Below, one piece after another: positions 29,996 to 41,428 of a stretch of DNA of 64,000 bases; the stretch's first letter is position 1; each line of letters begins with the position of its first letter. Both the position numbers and the translations under genes were made by a program. The stretch is from an uncultured delta proteobacterium (GTDB lineage Bacteria; Myxococcota; Myxococcia; Myxococcales; Anaeromyxobacteraceae). The stretch lies in the NCBI GenBank assembly GCA_963828255.1, contig CAWHDZ010000040.1:192001-256000 (forward strand), in the 5' to 3' direction. The notes under the pieces are model-generated. The model was not told where the DNA came from and searched no databases. It saw only the letters and a program-made list of their open reading frames with translations.

Positions 29996-31347
29996 GACCG
30001 CACCGCCTTCGGGTGCGCGACGACGTCCGCGCCCTTGCCGGTGACGAGGTGCATCACGTGGGCGTCCCACCTCGCCAGCGCGTCCCGACGTTCGTCGAGG
30101 TAGTCGTGCGTGTCGTAGATCGCGACGATGCGCCCGAGGCTGTGACCGAGGCATGCCTCGGCGACGTGCGGCGCGACCCCGAGCGCGGCGAGGCCCGTGC
30201 GGACCGTCCTCCGAAGATCGTGCGGCGTCGGCCTCTCGCCCTTGAAGGTGAGGGCAGGGGACTCGCCCTCGAAGAGGCGGCGCATGGAGTGATTCAGACT
30301 CTTGTCGGTCAGCGCCTTGCCCGCGCCAGCGAAGGACGCGAGGACGTACCGGGAGTCGATGCTGTCGGCGAGCGCCTTCAACTCGCGGAAGATGGCGAGC
30401 GCGGTCGGCGGCAGCGGGATGCGGAGCGGCTTCGCCGCCCTGGCGGCACGGATGGTCAGCTTCCTATGCTCGGCCGGGATCGTCCACATCGGCCTGCGGT
30501 CGGCCTCGGGCTTCGGCTGGCCGTTGGGCAGCACGTCGTCGAAGTTGACCTCGGGCCACTCGGCGAGGAGTAGCTCGCCGGACCTCACCCCGAGCAAGAG
30601 CAGGAGGCGCAGGGCGTTTTTGACCGTGGGCGTGCGGCTGTTGCCGAGCGCCGTCCAGAATGCCGGGATCTCGTCGGCCGACAGCACGCGGTCGCAGACG
30701 TTGTGGACGACTCCCAGGGCCCCCGCGTCGAGCGGCTCGGCAGGGTTCACGACGATGTCGCCGCGGCCCTGCGCGAAGCGGAACAACTGCCCGACGACTT
30801 GGAGCACGCGACCGGCGTGCGTCGCCGCGCCCCGGTTCACCACGCCATCGACGAGGCGGCGCACGTCCGGGGTGGTGATTGAAGCGACGGGGCGGCCCCC
30901 GAGCACGGGGAGGACGTCGCGCTTGAGCACGTCGTCCACGACCTCGGGGCGGCGGCGGCGGCGGGCGATGTACGGGCGGAATGCCTCCGCGAGGTCGCGC
31001 ACCGTGAGCGCGCCCTCGGCGAGGTGGGCGGGCTTCGCGCGGGGCGGGTTCCACTCGGCGACGAGGGCGTCGAGGGTGCCCGCCTTGTGCGCCGCCTTCG
31101 CCTTGTCGAGGCGAGCGCGCGCCTGATTCACGCTGACGTGCCCGGCGCGGGGCTTCGGCGACCACCGGCCGATGGTGATCCACTTCACCCGGCCGTCGAC
31201 CTTGACGCCCCATCGAAAGACGCGGACGCCGCTCGCGGTGACGCGCAGGCGCAGCCCGGGCGCGCCATCGTCGGTGTGCTCGCCGGGCGGCAAGGTTGCG
31301 ACCAACTTGTCGGAGAGTGCTACTGCGGTAGTCTCGGTGTCAGCCAT
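29992..31347 (-). CDS. int: Tyrosine recombinase/integrase (P4-like, with N-terminal arm-binding domain)
   Basis: PGLRLRVTASGVRVF arm domain, GVRSGELL (R), PHDLRRT (HxxR), LGH, IYDTHDY (Y); GGGAGG RBS. Confidence 0.95.
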   Translation of the reverse strand: MADTETTAVALSDKLVATLPPGEHTDDGAPGLRLRVTASGVRVFRWGVKVDGRVKWITIGRWSPKPRAGHVSVNQARARLDKAKAAHKAGTLDALVAEWNPPRAKPAHLAEGALTVRDLAEAFRPYIARRRRRPEVVDDVLKRDVLPVLGGRPVASITTPDVRRLVDGVVNRGAATHAGRVLQVVGQLFRFAQGRGDIVVNPAEPLDAGALGVVHNVCDRVLSADEIPAFWTALGNSRTPTVKNALRLLLLLGVRSGELLLAEWPEVNFDDVLPNGQPKPEADRRPMWTIPAEHRKLTIRAARAAKPLRIPLPPTALAIFRELKALADSIDSRYVLASFAGAGKALTDKSLNHSMRRLFEGESPALTFKGERPTPHDLRRTVRTGLAALGVAPHVAEACLGHSLGRIVAIYDTHDYLDERRDALARWDAHVMHLVTGKGADVVAHPKAVRS

Positions 31348-31413
31348 GGCGACCCTCCCGTGGTCGTTCCTGGTCAGGGCCTCGGGGCGGTTGGCGCCGC
31401 CCCGGGGTCCGTC

Positions 31414-31458
31414 TGGTTTACCTGCGGCATGCCCGGCGACAGGTGGTTTACCTGCGGC
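31414..31458. repeat. 15-bp direct repeat pair, putative integrase arm-type sites
   Basis: tggtttacctgcggc at 31414 and 31444. Confidence 0.6.
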
Positions 31459-31596
31459 CGTCCGCAGGGAAACTTTCGATGGGTGATGGCATGGTCGGGC
31501 ACGCAGAGGCATTATCGCAGGAAACCAGCTTCCCGCAAGCGTTCCGTGAGAAATCGTGGAGGAGAGTGCCGCACCGTGCCCGGGCACTTTTTCAAG

Positions 31597-31642
31597 TTGA
31601 CACGGTAGGGGTCCGCGGTTCGATACCGCGCGGGCCTACCAA
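31597..31642 (+). repeat. attR: duplicated 3' half of tRNA-Val
   Basis: 46-bp identity with 20315-20360. Confidence 0.95.
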
Positions 31643-31648
31643 GAACAC

Positions 31649-31683
31649 GGGGGTCTGGCCGAAAGGCCGGGCCCCCTTTTCTT
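31649..31683 (+). terminator. Intrinsic terminator, probably the native tRNA-Val terminator
   Basis: ggggtctggcc-GAAA-ggccgggcccc followed by ttttctt. Confidence 0.8.
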
Positions 31684-31737
31684 GCCCGGGACTCCCGACG
31701 GGCACTCCAACCGGTGACGGCAGCGGGGGCAGGAGAG

Positions 31738-31935
31738 ATGGCGAACATGCTGAAGGTCGGGCAGAGGGTGACCGTCCGGCACGGGTTCCTCTGGCGGAAG
31801 ATCGGGATCGGGACCACCCGCGCCACGTACCAGAAGGAGGGGCGGCTCTTCGCCTCCGTGGAACTCGACGGGAGCGGGAAGCTCCTGCCCGGGCTCGTGA
31901 GCCAGATCCGCGCCCTCGGCGAGGAGAGGAGTTGA
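31738..31935 (+). CDS. Small hypothetical protein (SH3/KOW-like pattern)
   Basis: AGGAGAG RBS; LKVGQRVTV; host-like codon usage. Confidence 0.55.
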   Translation: MANMLKVGQRVTVRHGFLWRKIGIGTTRATYQKEGRLFASVELDGSGKLLPGLVSQIRALGEERS

Positions 31936-32293
31936 TCGCGCAATGCCCCGCCGCGGATACCGAAAAGGGAACGTTCACGACTTCGGAGGGTGGACTGGAC
32001 GTGAAATCAGGGACCGGCCGGAATCCGGCGGGCCAGGCCGAACGCCCCTCTTGGGGCATAGTGGGTCGACGGCTTCGGAGGAACCGATGGGGCAGGGCGA
32101 CCTTCCGGCCGGTATGCACTGCTCCATGCCAAACAAGACCTTCTGGAAGGGCGTGTGGCGATTGATCGAGCAGCCCAGCGAGCTCGACGCGAAGGGGCGG
32201 CTCGGCGCACCCTGTCCGCCCTTCGTGGAGGGCGAGGACGTGAGGTGGGTCGCAGAAGGGGCCTACGGGGCATCGGGGAACTTCGTCCCGGCG

Positions 32294-32551
32294 ATGCAGG
32301 TGGCGGCGGCGATTCCGGCGCTTCCCCGGATCGGCGACCGAACCTACCGGTTGATCACCACCGCCGACCCCTGGTTCGGGGGAAAATTCGGGGTGGAGAA
32401 GCTGGAGGAGCGGCTGGACGAGCTGGGGCGGGAGGGCTGGCGGGCCGTGGGCATCGCGGGGACGCGCAACGATCCAGCGGTGTTGATGGAGCGGGCCGTG
32501 GACGAGGTCGGTCTCGCGGAAGCGCGGCGGCGGCGAGAGCCCACGCCCTAA
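32294..32551 (+). CDS. DUF4177-like small protein (start uncertain)
   Basis: YRLIT..WFGGKF..EKLEERLDELGREGWRAV pattern. Confidence 0.55.
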   Translation: MQVAAAIPALPRIGDRTYRLITTADPWFGGKFGVEKLEERLDELGREGWRAVGIAGTRNDPAVLMERAVDEVGLAEARRRREPTP

Positions 32552-32766
32552 CGCTGCCACCACCAGGTGGGCTGCTCGGGCTCGGCCCGGGGGCGGGTGA
32601 GCTGGCTTCGGGGAACGGCGGAGCCGGGGGAAGGGCGCCGGGACATCTCGGCGCGCAACCTCTTGAGCCGCTCCGCCAGCCTGGCCCGGGCCTCCACTTC
32701 GCGCTCCTTCAGGTCCTTCATGTGCGTTGCCTCCGACCAGGAGAGAGGAGCACGAGGGTCTGACAT
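32548..32766 (-). CDS. Small hypothetical coiled-coil protein
   Basis: DLKEREVEARARLAERLKRLRAE; plausible codon usage. Confidence 0.4.
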   Translation of the reverse strand: MSDPRAPLSWSEATHMKDLKEREVEARARLAERLKRLRAEMSRRPSPGSAVPRSQLTRPRAEPEQPTWWWQR

Positions 32767-32819
32767 TCCGTTCAGGTATCCTTGAGGCGCGCCCGCCCGC
32801 ATCCGCGTAGGATGGCGGC

Positions 32820-33467
32820 GTGTCCCGGCTCCCGCTCGCCCTCGCCGCCGTCTCCGCGATCCTCGCCGGGCTGGCCCCGTCACTGGCCCTCGCCGCCGAC
32901 GGGATGAGCTGCCCGGGCGGCGTCATCTCGGTCGGCGACTCGCGCCTCGACCTCCTCGGGAAGTGCGGAGCTCCGACCCTGGTCGAGTCCAGGCCCGCCC
33001 AGGTCGCCGAGTGGGTGGGGGATCGGGTGCAGGGAGCCTCACGGACCGTCACCATCACGGTGGAGACCTGGACCTACGACCTGGGCTCCTCGCGCCTGCT
33101 CCAGTACGTGAGGCTCGAGGCCGGCAAGGTGGTGAACGTGCGGACCGGCGGGTACGGCCACGCCGCCGGCGGCCGGCGCAGCGGCGGCGACATCCCGCGG
33201 GCCCCCTGCCAGCCCACCTCCATCCGGGCCGGCGACTCCACCTACGAGCTGCTCTCCCTCTGCGGCGAGCCGGTCTTCCGCGACGTGCGCGAGGAGCAGA
33301 TCGCGGTGGCCGAGGGGGACGGGCAGTGGGTGGCCGGGGCCGCGACGGTGGTGCTGAAGGAGACCTGGACCTACGACTTCGGTCCCCGCGCGCTGGTGCG
33401 CTTCGTCCACGTCCGCGACGGCCGGGTCACCGGGGTCCGGACCGGAGGCTACGGTTACTCGGAGTGA
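32820..33467 (+). CDS. Secreted tandem DUF2845-like protein
   Basis: Signal peptide plus two repeats of C..I..GDS...LL..CG.P...ETWTYD.G...G.V..VRTGGYG. Confidence 0.75.
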   Translation: MSRLPLALAAVSAILAGLAPSLALAADGMSCPGGVISVGDSRLDLLGKCGAPTLVESRPAQVAEWVGDRVQGASRTVTITVETWTYDLGSSRLLQYVRLEAGKVVNVRTGGYGHAAGGRRSGGDIPRAPCQPTSIRAGDSTYELLSLCGEPVFRDVREEQIAVAEGDGQWVAGAATVVLKETWTYDFGPRALVRFVHVRDGRVTGVRTGGYGYSE

Positions 33468-33518
33468 ACCGCCGGGCGAGGTTGCGACCCCCATCCCCGC
33501 GTGCTACGAACCCACGCC

Positions 33519-35471
33519 ATGTCCGAAATCGTGAAGGTGACGCTCCCCGACGGGACGCAGAAGGAAACCGCCCGCGGAACCCTGGTAAGCGACTTCGTGC
33601 GCGAGAAGATCGGCCAGGGGCTGGCCAAGGCCGCCTACGTGGCCCGGCTCGACGGCGACCCGGTGGACCTCTCCCGCCCGCTCGACCGGGACGTCCGGCT
33701 CGAGGTGGTGACCACCCGGAACCCGGAGGCGCTCGAGGTGGCGCGCCACGACGCCGCCCACGTCATGGCCAGCGTCGTCCAGAAGCTCTACCCGGGGACG
33801 CAGGTCACCATCGGCCCGTCCATCGAGGAGGGCTTCTACTACGACTTCGCCCGCGAGACCCCCTTCACCCCCGAGGACCTCGAGCGGATCGAGAAGGCCA
33901 CCAACGAGGCCATCGCCGCCGACCACCCCTTCCTCCGCGAGGAGGTGTCGATGGCCGACGCGCTGGCACTCTTCGAGAGGCTGGGGGAGGGGTACAAGGT
34001 CGAGATCGTGAAGGACATCGCCGCCCGGGGGACGAAGACGCTCACCCTCTACCGGCACGGCGACTGGGTGGATTTCTGCCTCGGGCCCCACGGGCCGTCC
34101 ACGTCCCGCATCGGGGTGGTGAAGCTCCTCTCGGTGGCAGGGGCCTACTGGCGCGGCGATCCGAAGAACCCCATGCTGCAGCGCATCTACGGGACCAGCT
34201 TCTTCAGCAAGAAGGATCTGGACGAGTGGACCACGCGGATGGAGGAAGCGCGCAAGCGCGACCACCGCAAGCTCGGCCCGGCGCTGGGGCTCTTCATGTT
34301 CCACCCCTACGCGCCCGGGGCCGCGTTCTGGCTGCAGAACGGCACCACCCTCTACCACCTGCTCGGCGACGCCATGCGGCGGCTCACCCGGAAGAACGGC
34401 TACGTCGAGGTGAAGACGCCGCTGCTCTTCAACAAGAAGCTCTGGGAGACCTCGGGCCACTGGGGCAAGTACCGCGAGAACATGTTCCTCGTGGTGGACA
34501 GCGAGACCGACGAGAAGCTGGCGCTCGAGGACCGCTGCACCCAGTCGCTCAAGCCCATGAACTGCCCGTCGCACCACCTGATCTACGCCATGCAGAAGCG
34601 CAGCTACCGGGAGTTGCCCATCCGCTACCACACCCAGGACGTTCTCCACCGCAACGAGGCCTCGGGCACGCTCTCCGGCCTCACCCGGGTCCGGCAGTTC
34701 CAGCAGGACGACGCCCACATCTACCTGGCGGAGTCGCAGATCGTCGACGAGGTCCGCGCCCTGGTCCGGCAGATCGACGTGGTCTACAAGGCCATGGGGC
34801 TCTCCTACACCGCCAAGTTCTCCACGCGACCCGCGGTGAAGCTGGGCGACGACGCCACCTGGGACCGGGCCGAGGCGGCCCTCCGGGGCGCGCTCGAGGC
34901 GGTCGGCCTTCCCTTCGAGGTGAAGCCGGGGGAGGGGGCCTTCTACGGCCCCAAGATCGACTTCGACGTGACCGACTCCATCGGCCGCAAGTGGCAGCTC
35001 GCCACCATCCAGCTCGACTACCTGGCCCCCGATCGCTTCGACCTCGCCTACGTGGGGGACGACAACGCCGAGCACCGGCCGGTGGTGATCCACCGGGCCA
35101 TCTACGGCTCCTTCGAGCGTTTCCTCGCCATCCTCATCGAGCACTTCGCCGGCGCGTTCCCCGCCTGGCTCGCGCCGGTGCAGGCCCGGGTGGTGACCGT
35201 GTCCGACCGCTTCAACGACTGGGCCGCCGAGGTGGCGGCGCGGCTCGAGGCCGAGGGGTTCCGCGTCGAGCTCGACCGGACCAGCGAGAAGCTCGGCGCC
35301 AAGATCCGCGACGCACAGCTGCAGAAGATCCCCTTCACCGTCGTGGTCGGCGAGAAGGAGGTCGAGTCGAAGGGGGTCTCCCCGCGCCGCCGGGGCGGCG
35401 AGGATCTCAAGACCATGCCCATCGAGGCCTTCGTGGAGCTGCTCCGCAAGGAAGGGGCCGCGCCCTATTGA
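33519..35471 (+). CDS. thrS: Threonine--tRNA ligase
   Basis: TGS domain, [49 protein letters not shown]. Confidence 0.98.
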   Translation: MSEIVKVTLPDGTQKETARGTLVSDFVREKIGQGLAKAAYVARLDGDPVDLSRPLDRDVRLEVVTTRNPEALEVARHDAAHVMASVVQKLYPGTQVTIGPSIEEGFYYDFARETPFTPEDLERIEKATNEAIAADHPFLREEVSMADALALFERLGEGYKVEIVKDIAARGTKTLTLYRHGDWVDFCLGPHGPSTSRIGVVKLLSVAGAYWRGDPKNPMLQRIYGTSFFSKKDLDEWTTRMEEARKRDHRKLGPALGLFMFHPYAPGAAFWLQNGTTLYHLLGDAMRRLTRKNGYVEVKTPLLFNKKLWETSGHWGKYRENMFLVVDSETDEKLALEDRCTQSLKPMNCPSHHLIYAMQKRSYRELPIRYHTQDVLHRNEASGTLSGLTRVRQFQQDDAHIYLAESQIVDEVRALVRQIDVVYKAMGLSYTAKFSTRPAVKLGDDATWDRAEAALRGALEAVGLPFEVKPGEGAFYGPKIDFDVTDSIGRKWQLATIQLDYLAPDRFDLAYVGDDNAEHRPVVIHRAIYGSFERFLAILIEHFAGAFPAWLAPVQARVVTVSDRFNDWAAEVAARLEAEGFRVELDRTSEKLGAKIRDAQLQKIPFTVVVGEKEVESKGVSPRRRGGEDLKTMPIEAFVELLRKEGAAPY

Positions 35472-35497
35472 CGGGACCGCGCCGGGGGGCGGGGTCG

Positions 35498-35526
35498 TTG
35501 ACACGGTGGTGCCGGATCCGTATTCT
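35498..35526 (+). promoter_or_regulatory. sigma70-type promoter of the leuA-ilv operon
   Basis: TTGACA-N17-TATTCT. Confidence 0.75.
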
Positions 35527-35535
35527 CTCGGTCCC

Positions 35536-35601
35536 TTGTCTTTCGTACGCAGAGCGCATCGACTTCTTCGCCCGGCGGGAGAGGACTCCCGGCGAGGCTG
35601 A
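35536..35601 (+). CDS. Putative leader peptide MSFVRRAHRLLRPAGEDSRRG (TTG start) of the leuA-ilv operon
   Basis: Starts just after the predicted TSS; tandem rare CTT-CTT Leu codons at 35563-35568; overlaps alternative hairpins. Confidence 0.55.
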   Translation: MSFVRRAHRLLRPAGEDSRRG

Positions 35602-35645
35602 ACCCTCTGCCGCGACCTCTTCCGCCTGAACGGCCGGAGGGGTCG
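35566..35645 (+). promoter_or_regulatory. Putative attenuator with mutually exclusive helices
   Basis: 35574-35584 pairs with 35616-35626 (11 bp, one GU); alternatively 35613-35624 pairs with 35635-35645, hiding GGAGGGG. Confidence 0.6.
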
Positions 35646-35651
35646 ATCTCG

Positions 35652-37301
35652 ATGGCGAGAATCGCTCCTGCGGCCCCGAACCGGAGCCCGAGAACCGCCA
35701 TGTCGAGTGACAACAAGACGCCCGCCTCCGCCGTCCGTTCCCCCGATCGCGTGATCGTGTTCGACACGACCCTCCGCGACGGCGAGCAGAGCCCCGGTTT
35801 CTCCATGAACCTCGGGCAGAAGCTCCGGGTGGCGCGCGCCCTCCAGGAACTGGGCGTGGACGTCATCGAGGCCGGCTTCGCCGCCGCCTCCCCGGGCGAC
35901 CTGGAGGCCATCCAGGGCGTCTCGCGCCAGATCGAGGGACCCATCATCTGCAGCCTCTCCCGCTGCACCCGCGGCGACATCGAGGCGTCCTGGAAGGCGC
36001 TGCGGGACGCGCCCCGCAGGCGCTGCCACGTCTTCCTGGCCACCAGCCCCATCCACCGCGACTTCAAGCTCAAGATGGCCAAGGAGGAGATCATCCGCCG
36101 CGCCGTCGAGGGCGTGAAGATGGCCCGCGAGAAGTTCGAGGACGTGGAGTTCTCCACCGAGGACGCCGCCCGCACCGAGCTCGAGTTCCTGGCCCAGGTG
36201 GTCGAGGCGGCCATCGAGGCCGGCGCCACCACCCTCAACATCCCCGACACCGTCGGCTATGCGCTCCCCTCCACCTACGCCGAGACCCTCTCGTACCTGG
36301 TCAAGCACGTGCGGGGCATCGACCGGGTGGTGATCTCGGTCCACTGCCACAACGACCTCGGGCTGGCGGTGGCCAACAGCCTGGCCGGCGTGCAGGTGGG
36401 CGCGCGCCAGGTCGAGTGCACCCTGAACGGCATCGGCGAGCGGGCCGGCAACGCCTCCCTGGAGGAGGTGGTCATGGCCATCAAGACCCGCCACGACGTC
36501 CTCGGGGTCACCACCGGCATCCGCACCGAGAAGCTCTACCCGGCCAGCAAGATGGTGCAGCAGGTCACCGGCAACTCCGTGCAGCGCAACAAGGCCATCG
36601 TCGGGCAGAACGCCTTCGCCCACGAGGCCGGCATCCACCAGCACGGCATGCTCACCCACCGGGAGACCTACGAGATCATGCGCCCGGAGGAGGTCGGCTT
36701 CACCAAGTCGCAGCTGGTGCTGGGCAAGCACTCCGGACGCCACGCCCTCCAGTCGCGCCTCACCGAGCTGGGCTACCGCCTCACCGACGAGCAGCTCGAC
36801 CGCGTCTTCGTGGACTTCAAGCTGCTGGCCGACAAGAAGAAGGAGATCTACGACGCCGACCTGGAGGCGCTTGTGATCCACGGACAGCTCCTCAAGGGGC
36901 AGGCCATGTGGGAGCTCGTGGCGCTCTCCACCACCTCCGGGACGGGCACGCTTCCCGCGGCCTCCATCTCCCTCGTCAAGTCGGGCGGGGAGCGCTTCCA
37001 GGACGCGGCGGCCGGCGACGGCCCGGTGGACGCGGTCTTCAAGGCCATCGAGCGGATCACCGGCATCGAGGCCAAGCTGCGCGACTACCGCATCCAGTCG
37101 GTCACGGTGGGTGAAGACGCGCAGGGCGAGGTGAGCCTGGAGGTGGAGCACGAGACCGGCGTCTATCGCGGCCGCGCGCTCTCCACCGACGTCATCGAGG
37201 GGAGCGCCCGCGCCTTCCTCGACGTGGTGAACCGGATCGCGCTGCGCATCAAGCCCGAGGAGCAGGAGCAAGAGGCGAAGAGCGCGCTCGGGACCGTCTA
37301 G
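35652..37301 (+). CDS. leuA: 2-isopropylmalate synthase (start 35652 or 35700)
   Basis: [52 protein letters not shown] regulatory domain. Confidence 0.95.
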   Translation: MARIAPAAPNRSPRTAMSSDNKTPASAVRSPDRVIVFDTTLRDGEQSPGFSMNLGQKLRVARALQELGVDVIEAGFAAASPGDLEAIQGVSRQIEGPIICSLSRCTRGDIEASWKALRDAPRRRCHVFLATSPIHRDFKLKMAKEEIIRRAVEGVKMAREKFEDVEFSTEDAARTELEFLAQVVEAAIEAGATTLNIPDTVGYALPSTYAETLSYLVKHVRGIDRVVISVHCHNDLGLAVANSLAGVQVGARQVECTLNGIGERAGNASLEEVVMAIKTRHDVLGVTTGIRTEKLYPASKMVQQVTGNSVQRNKAIVGQNAFAHEAGIHQHGMLTHRETYEIMRPEEVGFTKSQLVLGKHSGRHALQSRLTELGYRLTDEQLDRVFVDFKLLADKKKEIYDADLEALVIHGQLLKGQAMWELVALSTTSGTGTLPAASISLVKSGGERFQDAAAGDGPVDAVFKAIERITGIEAKLRDYRIQSVTVGEDAQGEVSLEVEHETGVYRGRALSTDVIEGSARAFLDVVNRIALRIKPEEQEQEAKSALGTV

Positions 37302-37341
37302 GGACGCAGGCGAAGGACTGACCGGAACGGCGAGAGGGATC

Positions 37342-39048
37342 ATGGCAAGGGAAAAGATGACGGGAGCGAAGGCGGTGGTCCGGGCCCTGGAGGCCGAGGG
37401 CGTCGACTGGATCTTCGGCGTGCCGGGCGGGGCCATCCTGCCCATCTACGACGCGCTCTTCGACTCGAAGCAGCTGAAGCACGTGCTGGTGCGCCACGAG
37501 CAGACCGGCGCCCACGCCGCCGAGGGCTACGCCCACGCCACCGGAAAGGTGGGCGTGTGCTTCGGGACCTCGGGACCGGGGGCCACCAACCTGGTCACCG
37601 GGATCGCCGACGCCTACCTGGACTCGGTTCCCATGGTGGCCATCACCGGGAACGTGTCGTCCGCCCTCATCGGGAGCGACGCCTTCCAGGAGGCGGACAT
37701 CACCGGCATCACCATGCCCATCACCAAGCACAACTGGCTGGTGACCGACGTGAAGGACCTCCCGCGCATCCTCAAGGAGGCCTTCTACATCGCCCGCACC
37801 GGGCGGCCCGGCCCGGTGCTGGTGGACATCCCCAAGGACGTCCAGAACGCCGAGCTCGAGTTCGAGTACCCGGAGACCGTCAACATCCCCGGCTACCACC
37901 CGCCGGTCCGGGAGGAGCCGCGCCTCAAGGACGCCGCCGCGCTCATCCGCGCCGCCAGCCGCCCCATCATCTACCTGGGCGGCGGCGTGCGGACGGCCAG
38001 CGCCTACGACGAGGTGGCGCAGTTCGCCGAGCTGGTCGGGGCGCCGGTGGTGACCACCGTGCACGGCAAGGGCGCTCTCCCCGAGACCCACCCCCAGTGC
38101 CTGGGCATGTTCGGCATGCACGGGGCCAGGTTCGCCAACTACGCGGTGCAGGACTCCGACCTGATCATCGCGCTGGGCGCCCGCTTCGACGACCGGGTCA
38201 CCGGCAAGCTCTCGACCTTCGCCCCCGAGGCGAAGATCGTCCACCTCGACGTGGACCCCGCCGAGATCTCCAAGCTGGTGACCGCCACGGTCCCGCTGGT
38301 GGGGGATCTCAAGCTGCTCCTCCCGAAGCTCACCGCCGAGGTCCGCAAGGCCTTCGCCGCCTCGGGGCGGGCCAATCTCGAGCCATGGTTGAAGAAGGTG
38401 GCCGACTGGCGGGAGAAGCACCCGCTCCACTTCGCCGCCCAGGGGGACGAGTTCATCGAGCCCCAGCACGTGATCCGGCGCATCTGGGAGAAGACCCAGG
38501 GCAAGGCGCTCGTCACCACCGGCGTGGGCAAGCACCAGATGTTCGCGGCCCAGTACTGGACGACCACCCAGCCCCGCCAGTTCATCACCTCCGGCGGCCT
38601 CGGCACCATGGGCTTCTGCCTGCCCGCCGCCATCGGCGTGCAGCTCGGCAAGCCCGACGCCCTCGTCATCGGGATCGACGGCGACGGGTCGTTCCAGATG
38701 ACGCTCCAGGACCTGGCCACCGCCGTCGATCTGAAACTGAACATCAAGATCTTCATCCTCAACAACCTGTTCCTGGGCATGGTCCACCAGTGGCAGGACC
38801 TCTTCTACGAGAAGCGGCTCGCCGAGACCCCGCTCAGCGACCTCCCCGACCTGGTGAAGCTCGCCGACGCCTACAGCTGCCTGGGGCTCCGGGCCCGCAA
38901 GCCCTCCGAGCTGGAGGACGTCCTCGACCGGGCGCTGGCCCACAAGGGCGGCCCGGTCATCGTGGACATCCGCACCCGGCCCGACGCGCACGTGTATCCC
39001 ATGGTGCCCGCCGGCGCGCCCCTCAACGACATGATCGACGGCGAATAG
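37342..39048 (+). CDS. ilvB: Acetolactate synthase large subunit
   Basis: FGVPGGAILP, RHEQ, TSGPGATN, FQEAD, GGLGTMGF, GDGSFQM. Confidence 0.96.
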   Translation: MAREKMTGAKAVVRALEAEGVDWIFGVPGGAILPIYDALFDSKQLKHVLVRHEQTGAHAAEGYAHATGKVGVCFGTSGPGATNLVTGIADAYLDSVPMVAITGNVSSALIGSDAFQEADITGITMPITKHNWLVTDVKDLPRILKEAFYIARTGRPGPVLVDIPKDVQNAELEFEYPETVNIPGYHPPVREEPRLKDAAALIRAASRPIIYLGGGVRTASAYDEVAQFAELVGAPVVTTVHGKGALPETHPQCLGMFGMHGARFANYAVQDSDLIIALGARFDDRVTGKLSTFAPEAKIVHLDVDPAEISKLVTATVPLVGDLKLLLPKLTAEVRKAFAASGRANLEPWLKKVADWREKHPLHFAAQGDEFIEPQHVIRRIWEKTQGKALVTTGVGKHQMFAAQYWTTTQPRQFITSGGLGTMGFCLPAAIGVQLGKPDALVIGIDGDGSFQMTLQDLATAVDLKLNIKIFILNNLFLGMVHQWQDLFYEKRLAETPLSDLPDLVKLADAYSCLGLRARKPSELEDVLDRALAHKGGPVIVDIRTRPDAHVYPMVPAGAPLNDMIDGE

Positions 39049-39057
39049 AGGAACGAC

Positions 39058-39591
39058 ATGGAACGTGACGAAAAGGTTCCCACCGGCAGCAGCCACACCG
39101 TCAGCCTGCTCGTGGAGAACAAGCCGGGCGTGCTGCACCGCATCGCCGGCCTCTTCTCCCGGCGCGGCTACAACATCGCCAGCCTCACCGTGGGTCCCAC
39201 CGAGCGCCCCGAGTACTCGCGCATGACCATCGTGGTCCTCCTCTCCTCGAAGACCGTGGAGCAGGTGGTCCGCCAGGTGCAGAAGCTGGTGCCGGTGGTC
39301 GAGGTGCGCGAGCTCTCCCCGGTGGACCTCATCGAGCGGGAGCTCCTGCTCGTGAAGATCCGCACCCCGGAGAAGAACCACGCCGAGCTGCGCGCGCTGG
39401 CCGAGACCTACGAGGCCAAGATCGTGGACGTCTCCCCGGACGCGCTGATCATCGAGGCCAGCGGAAACGCCGGCAAGCTCGACGCGCTCGAGGACCGGCT
39501 GGCGCCCTACGGCATCCAGGAGATCTGCCGCTCCGGGCGCATCGCCCTCGAGCGCGGCTTCAAGACCCTCGCACCCCCCAACCTCAAGTGA
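39058..39591 (+). CDS. ilvN: Acetolactate synthase small (regulatory) subunit
   Basis: LVENKPGVLHRIAGLFSRRGYNI ACT domain, ERELLLVK. Confidence 0.95.
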   Translation: MERDEKVPTGSSHTVSLLVENKPGVLHRIAGLFSRRGYNIASLTVGPTERPEYSRMTIVVLLSSKTVEQVVRQVQKLVPVVEVRELSPVDLIERELLLVKIRTPEKNHAELRALAETYEAKIVDVSPDALIIEASGNAGKLDALEDRLAPYGIQEICRSGRIALERGFKTLAPPNLK

Positions 39592-39599
39592 TCGGATAG

Positions 39600-40652
<1,053 letters not shown>

Positions 40653-40700
40653 CACGCCGCTTTTTCCCGGCCCCGATCTGGGGACGAACGGAGACCGCCC

Positions 40701-41402
40701 ATCAACGGAAAAGACCAGAGAGCGACGAGCCGCGACGCACGCACCAACCGCCGGATCAAGGCCCGGGAAGTGCGATGCATCGGGCCCGCCGGTGAGCAGC
40801 TCGGCATCCTGACGATCGAGCAGGCGCTGCGGATGGCCCAGGAGAACGGGTTCGACCTCGTCGAGGTCAGCCCGCTCGCCAAGCCACCCGTCTGCAAGAT
40901 CATGGACTACGGGAAGTTCAAGTACACGGAGAAGAAGAAGCAGAGCGAGGCCAAGAAGACCCAGGTGGTGGTGGTGGTGAAGGAGGTCAAGTTCCGGCCT
41001 CGCACCGAGGAGCACGACTTCGAGACGAAGATCCGGAAGATCCGGGAGTTTCTCGAGGAGTCGAACAAGGCCCGCGTCACCGTGATGTTCCGCGGCCGCG
41101 AGCTCTCCCACCGCGAGCTCGGCACCAAGGTCCTCGAACGCATCGTGAACGAGCTGAAGGAGGTGGCCGTCATCGAGGCCTCCGCCCGCATGGAAGGGCG
41201 CCAGATGTTCATGATCCTCGCGCCCAACCCGCGCATGATGCAGTCGCAGCGCGACAAGGCCAAGGCCGCCGCCGCCGCTGCAGCCATCGCTGCTCCGGCC
41301 GCCGCCGCACCGGCCGCCGCACCCGCCGCCGAGGCCACCGCCACGGCCACGGCCACGCCAGCCCCGGCCGCCGGCGAAAACGAAACCGGCGGCGCCGCCT
41401 AG
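40701..41402 (+). CDS. infC: Translation initiation factor IF-3 with non-canonical ATC start and Ala-rich C-terminal tail
   Basis: GGAG RBS then in-frame ATC 40701; TNRRIKAREVR, PPVCKIMDYGKFKY, KEVKFRP. Confidence 0.93.
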   Translation: MNGKDQRATSRDARTNRRIKAREVRCIGPAGEQLGILTIEQALRMAQENGFDLVEVSPLAKPPVCKIMDYGKFKYTEKKKQSEAKKTQVVVVVKEVKFRPRTEEHDFETKIRKIREFLEESNKARVTVMFRGRELSHRELGTKVLERIVNELKEVAVIEASARMEGRQMFMILAPNPRMMQSQRDKAKAAAAAAAIAAPAAAAPAAAPAAEATATATATPAPAAGENETGGAA

Positions 41403-41428
41403 CGCCGCACCACAGGAGACGGAAGAAG

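Noticed and set aside
31348..31587. 80-aa N-terminal extension of the integrase in the ORF track
   Set aside because: Runs through the putative arm sites and promoter; ATG 31347 has a good RBS and starts the arm-binding domain
31597..31642. Second tRNA-Val gene
   Set aside because: Only the 3' half is present (no D-arm or 5' acceptor strand), so it is attR
35498..35507. ttgacacggt matching the first 10 nt of the att repeat
   Set aside because: Explained as the -35 box of the leuA promoter; the match does not extend and no mobile genes are nearby
33504..37445. 1313-aa minus-strand ORF, and similar long ORFs at 4766-7636, 42064-45525, 46311-49313 and 52273-55893
   Set aside because: Antisense shadows of well-supported genes; expected from high-GC codon bias and lacking recognisable motifs
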